From assembly GCF_002087085.1 (NCBI RefSeq), contig NZ_MWQY01000007.1, positions 124,001-188,000 of the forward strand: a stretch of DNA of 64,000 nt, written 5' to 3'. Below, piece after piece: positions 38,101-46,931 of the stretch (its first letter is position 1; each line of letters begins with the position of its first letter). The translations under genes and the position numbers were made by a program. The notes under the pieces are model-generated. The model saw nothing but the letters and a program-made list of their open reading frames with translations. It made no database searches and had not been told where the DNA came from.

Positions 38101-41100
38101 TCAGGATTTCAAAGCTTTGCTCAGTAATAGAATAGTGTCCATCCAATGTTGGAGTTCGGCGACTGCTTTTTCCAAGTCCGACAGCTCTTCGTCCTGGTGA
38201 GCAATATAATGGTTCCTAAAATCATTAACCCGGCTCACTGCCTGGAGCATATGCTTAGCACCGTTGAAGTCGAACACCTTTCTCACAGCCGAAAAGACTC
38301 CTCCGATCTCCAACGTATCTTCCAAGGCAAACTGCAGACAGTTCCGAAGTAATCCCGTCGGGGAGAGGCCGTTCCCGAAGACAATAGTCCGTTTGAGGTT
38401 GTATCCAAGCTGTTCGATCCGTTTCTGTTCTCCGTGTTCAAGGTCCGGAGGTAGCTTCGGAGTAAACCACCGCTTTTGATCCTCCACGGATCGTGGCAGG
38501 AGAGGCTCCAGCTGTTTCTGTACCACTCGGGTGCATACGTCGTCTATGGGGCCAAGAAGAGCGGTGAACGCCGGAGCGTAGCTCTTCGATTTCTTGTTGG
38601 CGAGGAACTCGGCCAGTTGTCCTGCCTGGACGACGGCATCCTTGTACCGGTCAGGAAGATACTGGAGGGTTTCTTCGGCGACCCACTTCAGGGTTTCCTC
38701 CTCTTCCTCGTCGTAGGGTTGCGCCTGTGCGAAAAGCGGCAAGTCGGGCATCCGTTCTTCGTCCAGGAGGGACTGGAGGCTCGGTTCGCACGCACGTGCA
38801 AGGGCTGATATCTCTGTAGCCGTTGAGCGTTTGTAGACCCCCTCCTGTATGTAGAGGTACTGCCATTTGGTACCAATCTGAGAAGCGGACTCGCACCAGG
38901 CTACCGCAGCTCGGGCTTTGCGGGGTACATCCCGGTCTTCCCTGCCTTTGGTCTCAACGAGAAAGTACGTTCCAACCTTGGTGCGGACGATGAAGTCCGG
39001 AGTGTAGAAGGCCAGCATCCCGGATCCCGCAATGTAGTCGATCCGGAGGCACTGGGGACCGGCATTCTTGGCGAAAGCGGCGACATCCGTTGCCTGGGTA
39101 TCCGTAAACTGAGCAAAGCCGAGCTCGAGGCTGCGGTTGCAGGGAACGAGGTTGAATGGCGTGCGGTCCGCCTGGATTGTCGGATGCTTCTCACTGTGAG
39201 TGACCTGATAGGGCTTCCACTCCGAGAGCTTCATGGCATCCGGCAGATGCGACCGTTCCTGCCGCTTCGTGATCCGGGATCGGATAAGAGGTACGAACAC
39301 AGCCCTGACATGCTCGGCAACGTCGGAATCGCCGATCCGGTTGGCGAGCTCCTGATCAAAGATGCTTGTCGGATTGTCGAACAGCACTGATTCGAAAAAG
39401 TGCTGAAGCAGGGGTGCCAGTTGCTTGTGCAAGCCCCGGACCCGGCAGACTTCTTCGAGCTCACGGGTGTAGTAGGAAATTGCTCCGGCACCATTGCTTA
39501 GGAGCGGGAGGTGAAGCTTCATCCGTTCGACGACTTCATTGGTAAGGAGTTGTCGTCCCTCGTACTCCAACTCCGTTGACGTAACACTTCCAAGGGGTAG
39601 CTTCGTGTACTTCGACTTCAACCACTCCTGCTCGATATCCTTCTTGGACAGACCGGAGACGTCGGCAACGGTCCGATAGCCGGGTGCCAGGCTTGGAACC
39701 TCGAGTTCCAACTCATCCAGGTCCTTATCCGGGTTATCGACATCCGGAAAGATCGAAACGGTGGTGCGAGGAACCTTCTCGGCGTCGACCTCGTCGATGA
39801 ACAGCCCTTCCTGCTGAAGCTCCTGCCGATAGAGGGAGGTGAACTTGGGATGATCGACGATCGTCAGCATCTCGTGTGCGCCGGAGCTTCCCGGAGGCGT
39901 CATTCGACGCAGACCGCGCCCCATTGTCTGTTCAGGAAGGATGTTGGCCTTGGAACTGTACGGCCTCAACGGAACGATCGTGGTAACGTTTCTGACGTCC
40001 CATCCTTCACGAAGCATCAGGACAGACACGATGCAGCGATAGGGGCTTGAGTTCTGATCGAGCTCTCGGCTGAGTTTGCGAAGCTCATTGAGATCGTCGT
40101 CACTGATGTCCTTCTCGGATTCCTCAAAGACGTAGTAGGCGCTGTCTCCACGCCCCTTCTTCTTCAGCTTGCCCTTGAGGTTTGTGTGAAGGTTGATCGT
40201 ACGACCGTTGAGCTCTTCAAAGGTGGGGTCGGTGTTGAGCCGTTGCGCGATCTGGTCGGCTTCCGTCGTATCGGAACACATCACGAAGAGCAATGGCTTC
40301 TTACCGCTTTGCTCCCATTCTTCTTTGCTCTTCTGCCATCGACCGTAGCCGAGGCGTAGATGAGTGTCGTATCGGTAGGCTGCATTGTCTGATGCGCCTT
40401 CATTGAGTGCCTGGCTGGTCCGTCCAATGATCGGCGTCTTGACGATACCGGAATCAACGGCTTCTCCCAGGGGCGTGTCACAGATGATGTGCTTGAAGAG
40501 CTGGCCCTTGTTGTCTTTGGGCGTGGCGCTCAGATCGATCTGTGCAAAGATACCGGTGCCACCGGATTGCTCGATGGAAGTGTGAAGGTAGGCGATTGCC
40601 TCGCTCCAGGCCGAACCGGGGTCCCAGACGTGGTGAGCCTCGTCGTTGAGGACCATAATCGTACGCTTACCAGCAATACGCTCCCGGAGCTCTGCACCGG
40701 AGTTAAATACCTTCGCCTTCTGAACCGTAGGACCCATGAAGGAGTGGAACTCTGCCTGCTTCTTGCCCTTCTTCTTGCTGTTGTCGTAGAGGCGATGAAT
40801 ATTCGTCAGGTAGATCGTCCCGCCGATACTGTCCGGAGCAGCTTCGTCCTGGAGCACAACGCTCATGTTCCAGTCGCCCTTCCATTCCGGGGGAATGAGA
40901 GGGTCGGTCTCGAAGATCTTGCCGTCACCGAAATCTTCCCGCAGACGCTCGTACACGGTGAGGTTTGGAGCGATGATCACGAAATGCTTCGCGGCGTTCG
41001 AGTAGGATTCTCGGAGGTTGTGAAAATAGCTCCACACAACCGCCAGGCTCATAATCTTGGTCTTTCCGGCACCGGTAGCGATCTTCTCCGCGTACCGTGG

Positions 41101-41547
41101 CCACAGATCCTCGTCAGGGGCAATACCGTAAGCGGCTTCCTTCTGCTGATCTGTTCCAAACTTCTCATAAAGTCCGCTCAATGTCGGGCTGTTGTGGATC
41201 TCGGCCAAATAGACGAGGGTCTCGATGGCTTCCCGCTGGCAGAAGTAGTAGCGGAAATCATACTCTTCCCCAGCAGGCGTGGTCTGCCGGTGGGCGCGCT
41301 GAAACCAGTACCCGAAGAGCTGGCGGGTCGTATCACTGGCTCCAGGGTAGTAGTTCTCCCGCCATTCGCTCACCTCACGTCGTAGACTCTGAACGATGGA
41401 GATCGAAGACCTGCGACGACCTGTCTTGATTTCAGATTGCCCAGCCTGCTTCCTTGCCGCTACACGATGAGAGTTGGGCTCTTCCCACGGCTCATAGAGT
41501 GGTTCGATGGCTCCAAGATTGATCCCGGCATTCGTTGATTCAGCCAC
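38101..41547 (-). CDS. Type III-like restriction enzyme Res subunit (SF2 helicase plus PD-(D/E)XK) with extra C-terminal domain
   Basis: ATGAGKT, DEAHH, SATP, LREGWD, EQTMGRGLR; nuclease YTPDFIV...LVETKG; ~220 additional C-terminal residues containing RNHYIAH. Confidence 0.88.
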   Translation of the reverse strand: MAESTNAGINLGAIEPLYEPWEEPNSHRVAARKQAGQSEIKTGRRRSSISIVQSLRREVSEWRENYYPGASDTTRQLFGYWFQRAHRQTTPAGEEYDFRYYFCQREAIETLVYLAEIHNSPTLSGLYEKFGTDQQKEAAYGIAPDEDLWPRYAEKIATGAGKTKIMSLAVVWSYFHNLRESYSNAAKHFVIIAPNLTVYERLREDFGDGKIFETDPLIPPEWKGDWNMSVVLQDEAAPDSIGGTIYLTNIHRLYDNSKKKGKKQAEFHSFMGPTVQKAKVFNSGAELRERIAGKRTIMVLNDEAHHVWDPGSAWSEAIAYLHTSIEQSGGTGIFAQIDLSATPKDNKGQLFKHIICDTPLGEAVDSGIVKTPIIGRTSQALNEGASDNAAYRYDTHLRLGYGRWQKSKEEWEQSGKKPLLFVMCSDTTEADQIAQRLNTDPTFEELNGRTINLHTNLKGKLKKKGRGDSAYYVFEESEKDISDDDLNELRKLSRELDQNSSPYRCIVSVLMLREGWDVRNVTTIVPLRPYSSKANILPEQTMGRGLRRMTPPGSSGAHEMLTIVDHPKFTSLYRQELQQEGLFIDEVDAEKVPRTTVSIFPDVDNPDKDLDELELEVPSLAPGYRTVADVSGLSKKDIEQEWLKSKYTKLPLGSVTSTELEYEGRQLLTNEVVERMKLHLPLLSNGAGAISYYTRELEEVCRVRGLHKQLAPLLQHFFESVLFDNPTSIFDQELANRIGDSDVAEHVRAVFVPLIRSRITKRQERSHLPDAMKLSEWKPYQVTHSEKHPTIQADRTPFNLVPCNRSLELGFAQFTDTQATDVAAFAKNAGPQCLRIDYIAGSGMLAFYTPDFIVRTKVGTYFLVETKGREDRDVPRKARAAVAWCESASQIGTKWQYLYIQEGVYKRSTATEISALARACEPSLQSLLDEERMPDLPLFAQAQPYDEEEEETLKWVAEETLQYLPDRYKDAVVQAGQLAEFLANKKSKSYAPAFTALLGPIDDVCTRVVQKQLEPLLPRSVEDQKRWFTPKLPPDLEHGEQKRIEQLGYNLKRTIVFGNGLSPTGLLRNCLQFALEDTLEIGGVFSAVRKVFDFNGAKHMLQAVSRVNDFRNHYIAHQDEELSDLEKAVAELQHWMDTILLLSKALKS

Positions 41548-41558
41548 TTCTCACACCC

Positions 41559-43634
41559 TCATACCGCAACGTCGACAGTGATACTGGTATCACATCCAAA
41601 GGTGTCCACAACCTTCACGCAGATCGTGTACGTTCCCGGCTTCTCGTATTGATGCTCTGCCTTACTGACCGTACTCAGCGACCTGTCCTTCCGGGTCCGG
41701 TAGTCCTGCCAGTGATGGTTGAAGGGACGGCTCGGATCCCAGTCGAAGTCGACAGCCCAGAAGTCGATGAAGTCGAACCCGCTTTTCACCGCGCGCTCCC
41801 TGATGGCCTCAAGCTCCTTGGTCGGAACCTCAGCCAGGGACGGCATGAAGTTGGTAAGTTTCACGTCCACCGTAGTTCCGGAAGCACTCTGCTTCACCAC
41901 GGGCTCTGCCTCCAGGACGGCGACCTCCAACCACGGCGGCGGGGCAGTACGATTCCGTTCCATGATCTCCCTTGGGATTTGGATGAGTTTTAGCCGGACT
42001 CCATGCTTCTTCTCCAGGGCATTGACCGTGAGTCTGAGATCCATCTCAAACTCCCAGGAGAGGCAGTAACACTCGGAAGCCCCAGCTTGTGCGGTAGCGA
42101 CGGCAACCTGTTCGGCTTCGTCGCGAGTGAAGATCGAGTCGATTTGATCCACGTGGCATAGGGCAGTACCTTTCCGTCCATGGATCAGCGGTGACGGCCG
42201 GTTCCTAGAGCCAAGGATCTCGGCCCGGAAGAATTCCAGCACGATCTTCCGGTGCTCTTCGTCGGCTCCCTCCAGATACTCCGCCTGCCACCACTGTCGT
42301 TCATAACGTCCGAGGTTGTAGACATCGAAAGCTCGGTACGGCTTCTGCTGATCTGCAAGCTCCCGTTGCACGTCGATCATGCGCTTGCGGGAGGTATGGA
42401 TGGCATACCGTCCCAAGTCGGCCATTATCCAGCGGCGACCGAGCTTCTCTGCAACGGCTCCGGTGGTACCGCTCCCGCAGAAGAAATCAGCGACGAGGGC
42501 TCCTTCATTGCTACTTGCAGTCACTATTCTCTCAAGTAGTTGCTCTGGTTTTTGCGTAGCGAATCCCAATCGCTCATCTGACTGAGGAGGCACGATGCCG
42601 ATGTCATCCCAAAGATTCTGAACCGCTTCTCCTTCGTTCTCGTCCAGGAAACGTCTGCGCTGGATTCTGCCACTCTTGTTTGCAGGGAATTGAAGACGAC
42701 CTTCCTTATCCCACTCCTCCATCTTTGTTCGCGAAATCGCCCAGCCCTTCTCCGGCGGTTGGTACCCTTTGTATTCATACTTGAGGTTTGGCCGATAGCT
42801 CGGACTCGACAAATCTGCTATCCGATAACGTCGCCCATTCTCATCCGTGAATCGATAGAACTTGTCAACGTAGGACTGTTTCAATGGTTTCAGCGGAGTT
42901 ATGAATGTGTTGGTGCTCGATTTCGTGAAAAAGAGTATGGAATCGGTCTGAGTTCCAAACTCGGTGGGTACCTTGTTTGTCTGGCCGCGGCCCGTCTTTC
43001 TCTTCCAGATAATCTCGTTCCTAAACGAAGCCCTTCCGAAGACCTCTTCGAGAATAGGCCTGATATACCCAACTGCCTGCCATCCAAGGTGGACGTAGAT
43101 GCTACCGCTATCACAGAGGAGTTCACGTGCAAGAGTGAGCCGCTCATACATCATCTGAACGTAGCTATCCGTTCCCTTTCCCCAAGTGTCTCGATACGCA
43201 ACCATCTCCAAGGTCGATTGGTCCTTGCCCAATGTTTCTTTCCCGTCTCCGATCGGCACGTTCATCGTGAAGTCCGCCCCTACATCAAACGGCGGATCGA
43301 TGTAGATTAGGTCAATGCGTCCCCGAAACTCCTTCAGCAGACTCGCCATGACGAGCTTGTTGTCACCCCAAATCAGCCGGCTCCGAAAGTCGTCATTACG
43401 GCTTGTGGTCTTCTCGAAGTCCAGGAGAAACTCGCCGCCCTTAGAAGCCGCTTCACTCCGGGGCTGGTCGATCGTCTCGATCTTCTGCATCGGCATGGAG
43501 CTGCCGGCAACGTCAACCTCCCGGCGGTTGCCGAACTCGTCGTACTTGCCTTCCCAGACCAGCTCGGTCTTCATCGTCGAGAGCGGGTGCGGATTGTCTG
43601 GTCCCCAGGGACGGGTCGAATTTGATTTGGGCAC
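41559..43634 (-). CDS. Type III-like Mod subunit, beta-class amino (likely N6-adenine) DNA methyltransferase
   Basis: GDNKLV, IYIDPPF (motif IV), [20 protein letters not shown] (motif I), C-terminal PKD-like tail ([15 protein letters not shown]). Confidence 0.92.
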   Translation of the reverse strand: MPKSNSTRPWGPDNPHPLSTMKTELVWEGKYDEFGNRREVDVAGSSMPMQKIETIDQPRSEAASKGGEFLLDFEKTTSRNDDFRSRLIWGDNKLVMASLLKEFRGRIDLIYIDPPFDVGADFTMNVPIGDGKETLGKDQSTLEMVAYRDTWGKGTDSYVQMMYERLTLARELLCDSGSIYVHLGWQAVGYIRPILEEVFGRASFRNEIIWKRKTGRGQTNKVPTEFGTQTDSILFFTKSSTNTFITPLKPLKQSYVDKFYRFTDENGRRYRIADLSSPSYRPNLKYEYKGYQPPEKGWAISRTKMEEWDKEGRLQFPANKSGRIQRRRFLDENEGEAVQNLWDDIGIVPPQSDERLGFATQKPEQLLERIVTASSNEGALVADFFCGSGTTGAVAEKLGRRWIMADLGRYAIHTSRKRMIDVQRELADQQKPYRAFDVYNLGRYERQWWQAEYLEGADEEHRKIVLEFFRAEILGSRNRPSPLIHGRKGTALCHVDQIDSIFTRDEAEQVAVATAQAGASECYCLSWEFEMDLRLTVNALEKKHGVRLKLIQIPREIMERNRTAPPPWLEVAVLEAEPVVKQSASGTTVDVKLTNFMPSLAEVPTKELEAIRERAVKSGFDFIDFWAVDFDWDPSRPFNHHWQDYRTRKDRSLSTVSKAEHQYEKPGTYTICVKVVDTFGCDTSITVDVAV

Positions 43635-43745
43635 TTTTGCAGGTACTCCCTTAACTCTATTCTATCTCACAGTACAAATTAGAATTATATTAATTAGTGT
43701 ACCATAATCTCTGGCAGTCGTCGATTCGTATCTGCTGGAATATAC

Positions 43746-43837
43746 TTCCTGCTCATCCTTCTCATTTTTGTTTCACAGTCCCTCAATGTTCATCAGTGGC
43801 CTTCCCTATCCTGTCCATCCTCCCCATCTTTGTTTCA
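43746..43837 (+). repeat. Two tandem copies of a pyrimidine-rich 30-bp unit (9-nt internal period), left flank of the CGGC gene
   Basis: ttcctgctcatccttctcatttttgtttca (43746-43775) matches atcctgtccatcctccccatctttgtttca (43808-43837) at 24/30. 43799-43836 is identical to 44538-44575. Confidence 0.8.
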
Positions 43838-43928
43838 GATTCCCATCCGGTACTCCATGTCGACTTGTATCTGACACTGGACGACATTAATTCCGGGTGA
43901 AATACTATGCGATAAAGGAGATAGAAAA

Positions 43929-44366
43929 ATGAAAAAGATAGGAATCATAATTTGTCATAGATACCATACCTGTGCAGGGGGAAAATGCCTCCGGGCCATG
44001 CGCAACCGGGAAGGCGGCTTCTCTCTTTACAAGAATGATGAAATTGAACTTGTGGGAATCACAACCTGCGGAGGGTGTCCCGGGGGTAACGTTGAATATG
44101 CTCCGGCTGAGATGAAAAAGAATGGTGCTGAAGTCATCCATCTGGCCACCGGACTCGTAGTGGGGTATCCCCCCTGTCCGCGTATCGAATCGTTTTGCAA
44201 TTTCATCCCTGCGAAATACGGATTAGAGGTGGTAATCGGTACACATCCGATTCCTCAGAACTATTTTACCACCCATGAAAAACTGGGGACCTGGAAAGGC
44301 AATGCATGGAAGGAACGTATCAAGCACGTACTTGCGGACGAGCCCCTTCGACTGGCCTATGATTGA
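43929..44366 (+). CDS. CGGC domain-containing protein (predicted metal/Fe-S binding)
   Basis: KIGIIIC, CAGGKC, TCGGCPG, IHLA, PCP, GTH. SD AAGGAG. Confidence 0.88.
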   Translation: MKKIGIIICHRYHTCAGGKCLRAMRNREGGFSLYKNDEIELVGITTCGGCPGGNVEYAPAEMKKNGAEVIHLATGLVVGYPPCPRIESFCNFIPAKYGLEVVIGTHPIPQNYFTTHEKLGTWKGNAWKERIKHVLADEPLRLAYD

Positions 44367-44397
44367 GGCAGATAGCAAGGGATGATCGGCAAGATTC

Positions 44398-44575
44398 GCC
44401 ACGGAGGCACGGAGATTTTTTGGAACACAGATAGACAGGACGGGAAGGATAGGATCTTAGGAAAGGAATGGAACTACGGAGACTCAGAGAACACAGAGAT
44501 TATTCTATAATTCCTCTGCATCCCCGGTGCCTCGGTTGCCTTCCCTATCCTGTCCATCCTCCCCATCTTTGTTTC
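44398..44575. repeat. Nested imperfect inverted-repeat element with 9-nt periodicity
   Basis: Purine-rich arms gccacggaggcacggag (44398), ggaacacagatagacaggacgggaaggatagga (44422-44454) and tacggagactcagagaacacagag (44475-44498). They are mirrored by ctctgcatccccggtgcctcggtt (44514-44537) and ccctatcctgtccatcctccccatctttgtttc (44543-44575). Confidence 0.75.
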
Positions 44576-44588
44576 TGTTTTGTCTGTG

Positions 44589-45920
44589 CTACACTTCCGG
44601 CAGGCTTTCGGCTTCGTCCACCACGTGCTGTTCTTCATCAACCTGGTTCAGTGAAGGGGGCAGGATCAGGTTCAGAACAATTCCCACAAAGGTAGCCAGA
44701 GCAACATCGGCGAGTTCAAAATTGAGTCCTTCGGTGATGGGGAAGAAGATCTTTCCGCCGCCGATGCCGATTACCAGGATTACCGAGGTAATGGTCAGGT
44801 TCCGTTTGCAGGTATAGTCAACGCCGCTCTCAACGACGGTGCGGATACCTGCAGAGGCGATAATCCCGAAAAGCATCATACTGATTCCTCCCATAACGGG
44901 GGTCGGAATAGTCTGAATAAGGGCACCCACCTTCTGAATAAAGGAAAGCAGAACCGCGATCACCGCAGCACCGCCGATGACCCATACCGAATAAACCCGG
45001 CTGATTGCCATGGCGCCGATATTCTCACCGTAGGTTGTATTCGGCGGTCCCCCGAAAAGGGATGCCAGGGCAGTTGCCGCTCCGTCGCCGGCCAGCGTCC
45101 GGTGGATCCCCGGATTCTTGTAGAAATCCCTGCCCACAACCTTGCTCAGCACCATGGTATCTCCCAGGTGTTCGGCTATGGTGGCCATGGAGACCAGCAG
45201 GAAGGTCACGATGGGAACAATGCTGAACTTTGGAAGAACGAGTTTCGCAAAACCGAACCAGGAGGCTTCTGCCACGGGGGTAAAATCTATCAGACTGAAG
45301 GCCGGCAGAAAACTCCCCATGATCAGCGTAAACAGATAGCCCCCGGCGATTCCGATCAGGATCGGGATTACCGTGAAAAACCCTTTGAGCACGATCATGG
45401 AGACAATCGCTATACCCAGGGTCACAGCCGCGATAAGCGCGAAGCCGCCGTTGTATCCCTGGGAGGGGTCTGCAAAGGGGTACATGGCCATGTTCATGGC
45501 GGTGGGTGCCAGCTTGAGTCCGATTACGATGATGACACTGCCGATAACCACGGGAGGAAGCATCCTGTCCAGCCAGCCAGTCCCCGCCTGACGGATGATG
45601 AAGGCCACCAGCAGGTAGAAGAGTCCGACGCAGAATCCAGCGCCCAGGGCATACTCGACCCCGTAGGAAGCGCTGACGGCAATCAGGGGCGCGATATAGG
45701 CGAAAGAAGACCCCAGATACGTTGGGACCTTGCCGCGGGTTATTACAATGTACAGCAGGGTTCCGATACCCGAGGTGAACAGGGCCACAGCCGGATTCAA
45801 TCCGGTAAGCAGGGGTACCAGCACCGTTGCACTGAACATGGCAAAGACGTGCTGGAAACTCAGGGGAATCCAGCGGCTTAAGGGCGGACGCTGTTCAACA
45901 TCGTAAACAGGTTTGGACAT
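44589..45920 (-). CDS. uraA: Uracil permease (NCS2 family)
   Basis: QHVFAMF, YLGSSFA, EHLGD, PNTTYGEN signature. Start ATG 45920 follows AAGGAG. Confidence 0.92.
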   Translation of the reverse strand: MSKPVYDVEQRPPLSRWIPLSFQHVFAMFSATVLVPLLTGLNPAVALFTSGIGTLLYIVITRGKVPTYLGSSFAYIAPLIAVSASYGVEYALGAGFCVGLFYLLVAFIIRQAGTGWLDRMLPPVVIGSVIIVIGLKLAPTAMNMAMYPFADPSQGYNGGFALIAAVTLGIAIVSMIVLKGFFTVIPILIGIAGGYLFTLIMGSFLPAFSLIDFTPVAEASWFGFAKLVLPKFSIVPIVTFLLVSMATIAEHLGDTMVLSKVVGRDFYKNPGIHRTLAGDGAATALASLFGGPPNTTYGENIGAMAISRVYSVWVIGGAAVIAVLLSFIQKVGALIQTIPTPVMGGISMMLFGIIASAGIRTVVESGVDYTCKRNLTITSVILVIGIGGGKIFFPITEGLNFELADVALATFVGIVLNLILPPSLNQVDEEQHVVDEAESLPEV

Positions 45921-45985
45921 GACGACTCCTTGGAATAATGGTTTTTTCTGGACCGATTCATGGAAACACTTCTTGAGGTGTGGGC

Positions 45986-46030
45986 AAAAAAAAAGCTTTC
46001 CCGCCGTTCGTGACAAACGACAGGAAAGCT
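45986..46030 (-). terminator. Attenuator terminator in the uraA 5' leader
   Basis: Minus strand agctttcctgtcgtt-tgtcacg-aacggcgggaaagc followed by T9, located between promoter and start codon. Confidence 0.85.
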
Positions 46031-46094
46031 ATCTCCGAGGACCCTCGGCCCAAAAGTCCGGAAACTTATGTAGATGTTTCTTCCGTGCTTCCAT
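46029..46094 (-). CDS. Putative 21-aa leader peptide MEARKKHLHKFPDFWAEGPRR upstream of uraA
   Basis: ATG 46094 lies 11 nt after the -10 box. Its TAG overlaps the first bases of the terminator stem. Confidence 0.45.
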   Translation of the reverse strand: MEARKKHLHKFPDFWAEGPRR

Positions 46095-46105
46095 AATTGA
46101 AAGCG

Positions 46106-46135
46106 TTTATACCCGGAAAAGAACTCCCGCGTCAA
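46106..46135 (-). promoter_or_regulatory. Sigma70 promoter of uraA
   Basis: TTGACG (46135-46130), 18-nt spacer, TATAAA (46111-46106). Confidence 0.6.
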
Positions 46136-46157
46136 GGGGCGGACCCCGGATATAGAT

Positions 46158-46871
46158 CTAGAGCCTGTCGATCCCCAGCATTTCCAGCTGATGGGTTATG
46201 CTGTAGCGTCCCGCAACCCGTTCAGCTCCGGCCTCGATGAAGGCCGCCGCATCCTCCAGGGTCCAGACACCCCCCGAGGCTTTAACCTTGATCCGGCCCT
46301 TTGCGCGCTGATGGAGCAGAGAAATATCGTGGACGGTTGCTTTGCCTTCGGCAAAACCGGTACAGGTCTTTACAAAATCGGCTCCCGCATTGCATATGAC
46401 TTCCACCGCTTCAATCTTGTCGATATCCGAGAGAAATCCTGTTTCTATAATAACCTTTACCGTTACATCCGCGGATTTCGCTACATCCACAACGGCCCGG
46501 ATATCCTCTTCCGCCTTCTTGTATTCGCCGTCCACCAGAAAACCGATGTTGATTACCATGTCGATCTCCCCGGCTCCGTCGACGATTCCCTGCTCAGCCT
46601 CCTTTACCTTGACGCTGGTCCTGGCTCCACCGGAGGGAAAGCCCACCACCACCTGGGGAGCGATCCCGGTTCCCTTCAGCTCCTCCGCCACCATGGGGAT
46701 GTAGGCGGGGAAAACGGGAACCGCAGCGTACTTCATCCGTTGTGCTTCTTCGCAGGCTTTGCGGACCATCCCGGCGGTGGCATTCGGCACCAGGGCCCCG
46801 GAATAGTCCAGAATCGAGCAGATTTTTCGTATGGTTTGCAGATCTTCAGCAGAATTGGTCAGTAATTTCAT
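46158..46871 (-). CDS. deoC: Deoxyribose-phosphate aldolase family protein (divergent)
   Basis: VVGFPSG, EIDMVIN, KVIIETG, FVKTCTG, VKASGG. Confidence 0.8.
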   Translation of the reverse strand: MKLLTNSAEDLQTIRKICSILDYSGALVPNATAGMVRKACEEAQRMKYAAVPVFPAYIPMVAEELKGTGIAPQVVVGFPSGGARTSVKVKEAEQGIVDGAGEIDMVINIGFLVDGEYKKAEEDIRAVVDVAKSADVTVKVIIETGFLSDIDKIEAVEVICNAGADFVKTCTGFAEGKATVHDISLLHQRAKGRIKVKASGGVWTLEDAAAFIEAGAERVAGRYSITHQLEMLGIDRL

Positions 46872-46931
46872 GGTATCAGGCTCCTGTCCTGGAGATATAG
46901 GCTGTACTCCCTATTATCGAGGTTCGGAATC

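Noticed and set aside
41559..43700. Phase-variable simple-sequence repeat in mod (phasevarion)
   Set aside because: No tandem repeat tract or long homopolymer seen in the ORF or upstream.
43746..44575. CRISPR array interpretation of the 30-38-bp repeats
   Set aside because: Only 3-4 degenerate copies with irregular spacing (62 and 739 bp), mixed orientation and no cas genes.
27198..44590. Prophage/ICE/transposon call for the accessory block
   Set aside because: No integrase, transposase, tRNA target or flanking att repeats recognised in the window.
44468..44695. 75-aa Cys/Pro-rich ORF over the repeat element
   Set aside because: It is a translation of the repeat arms and overlaps the uraA 3' end on the opposite strand; no coding signature.
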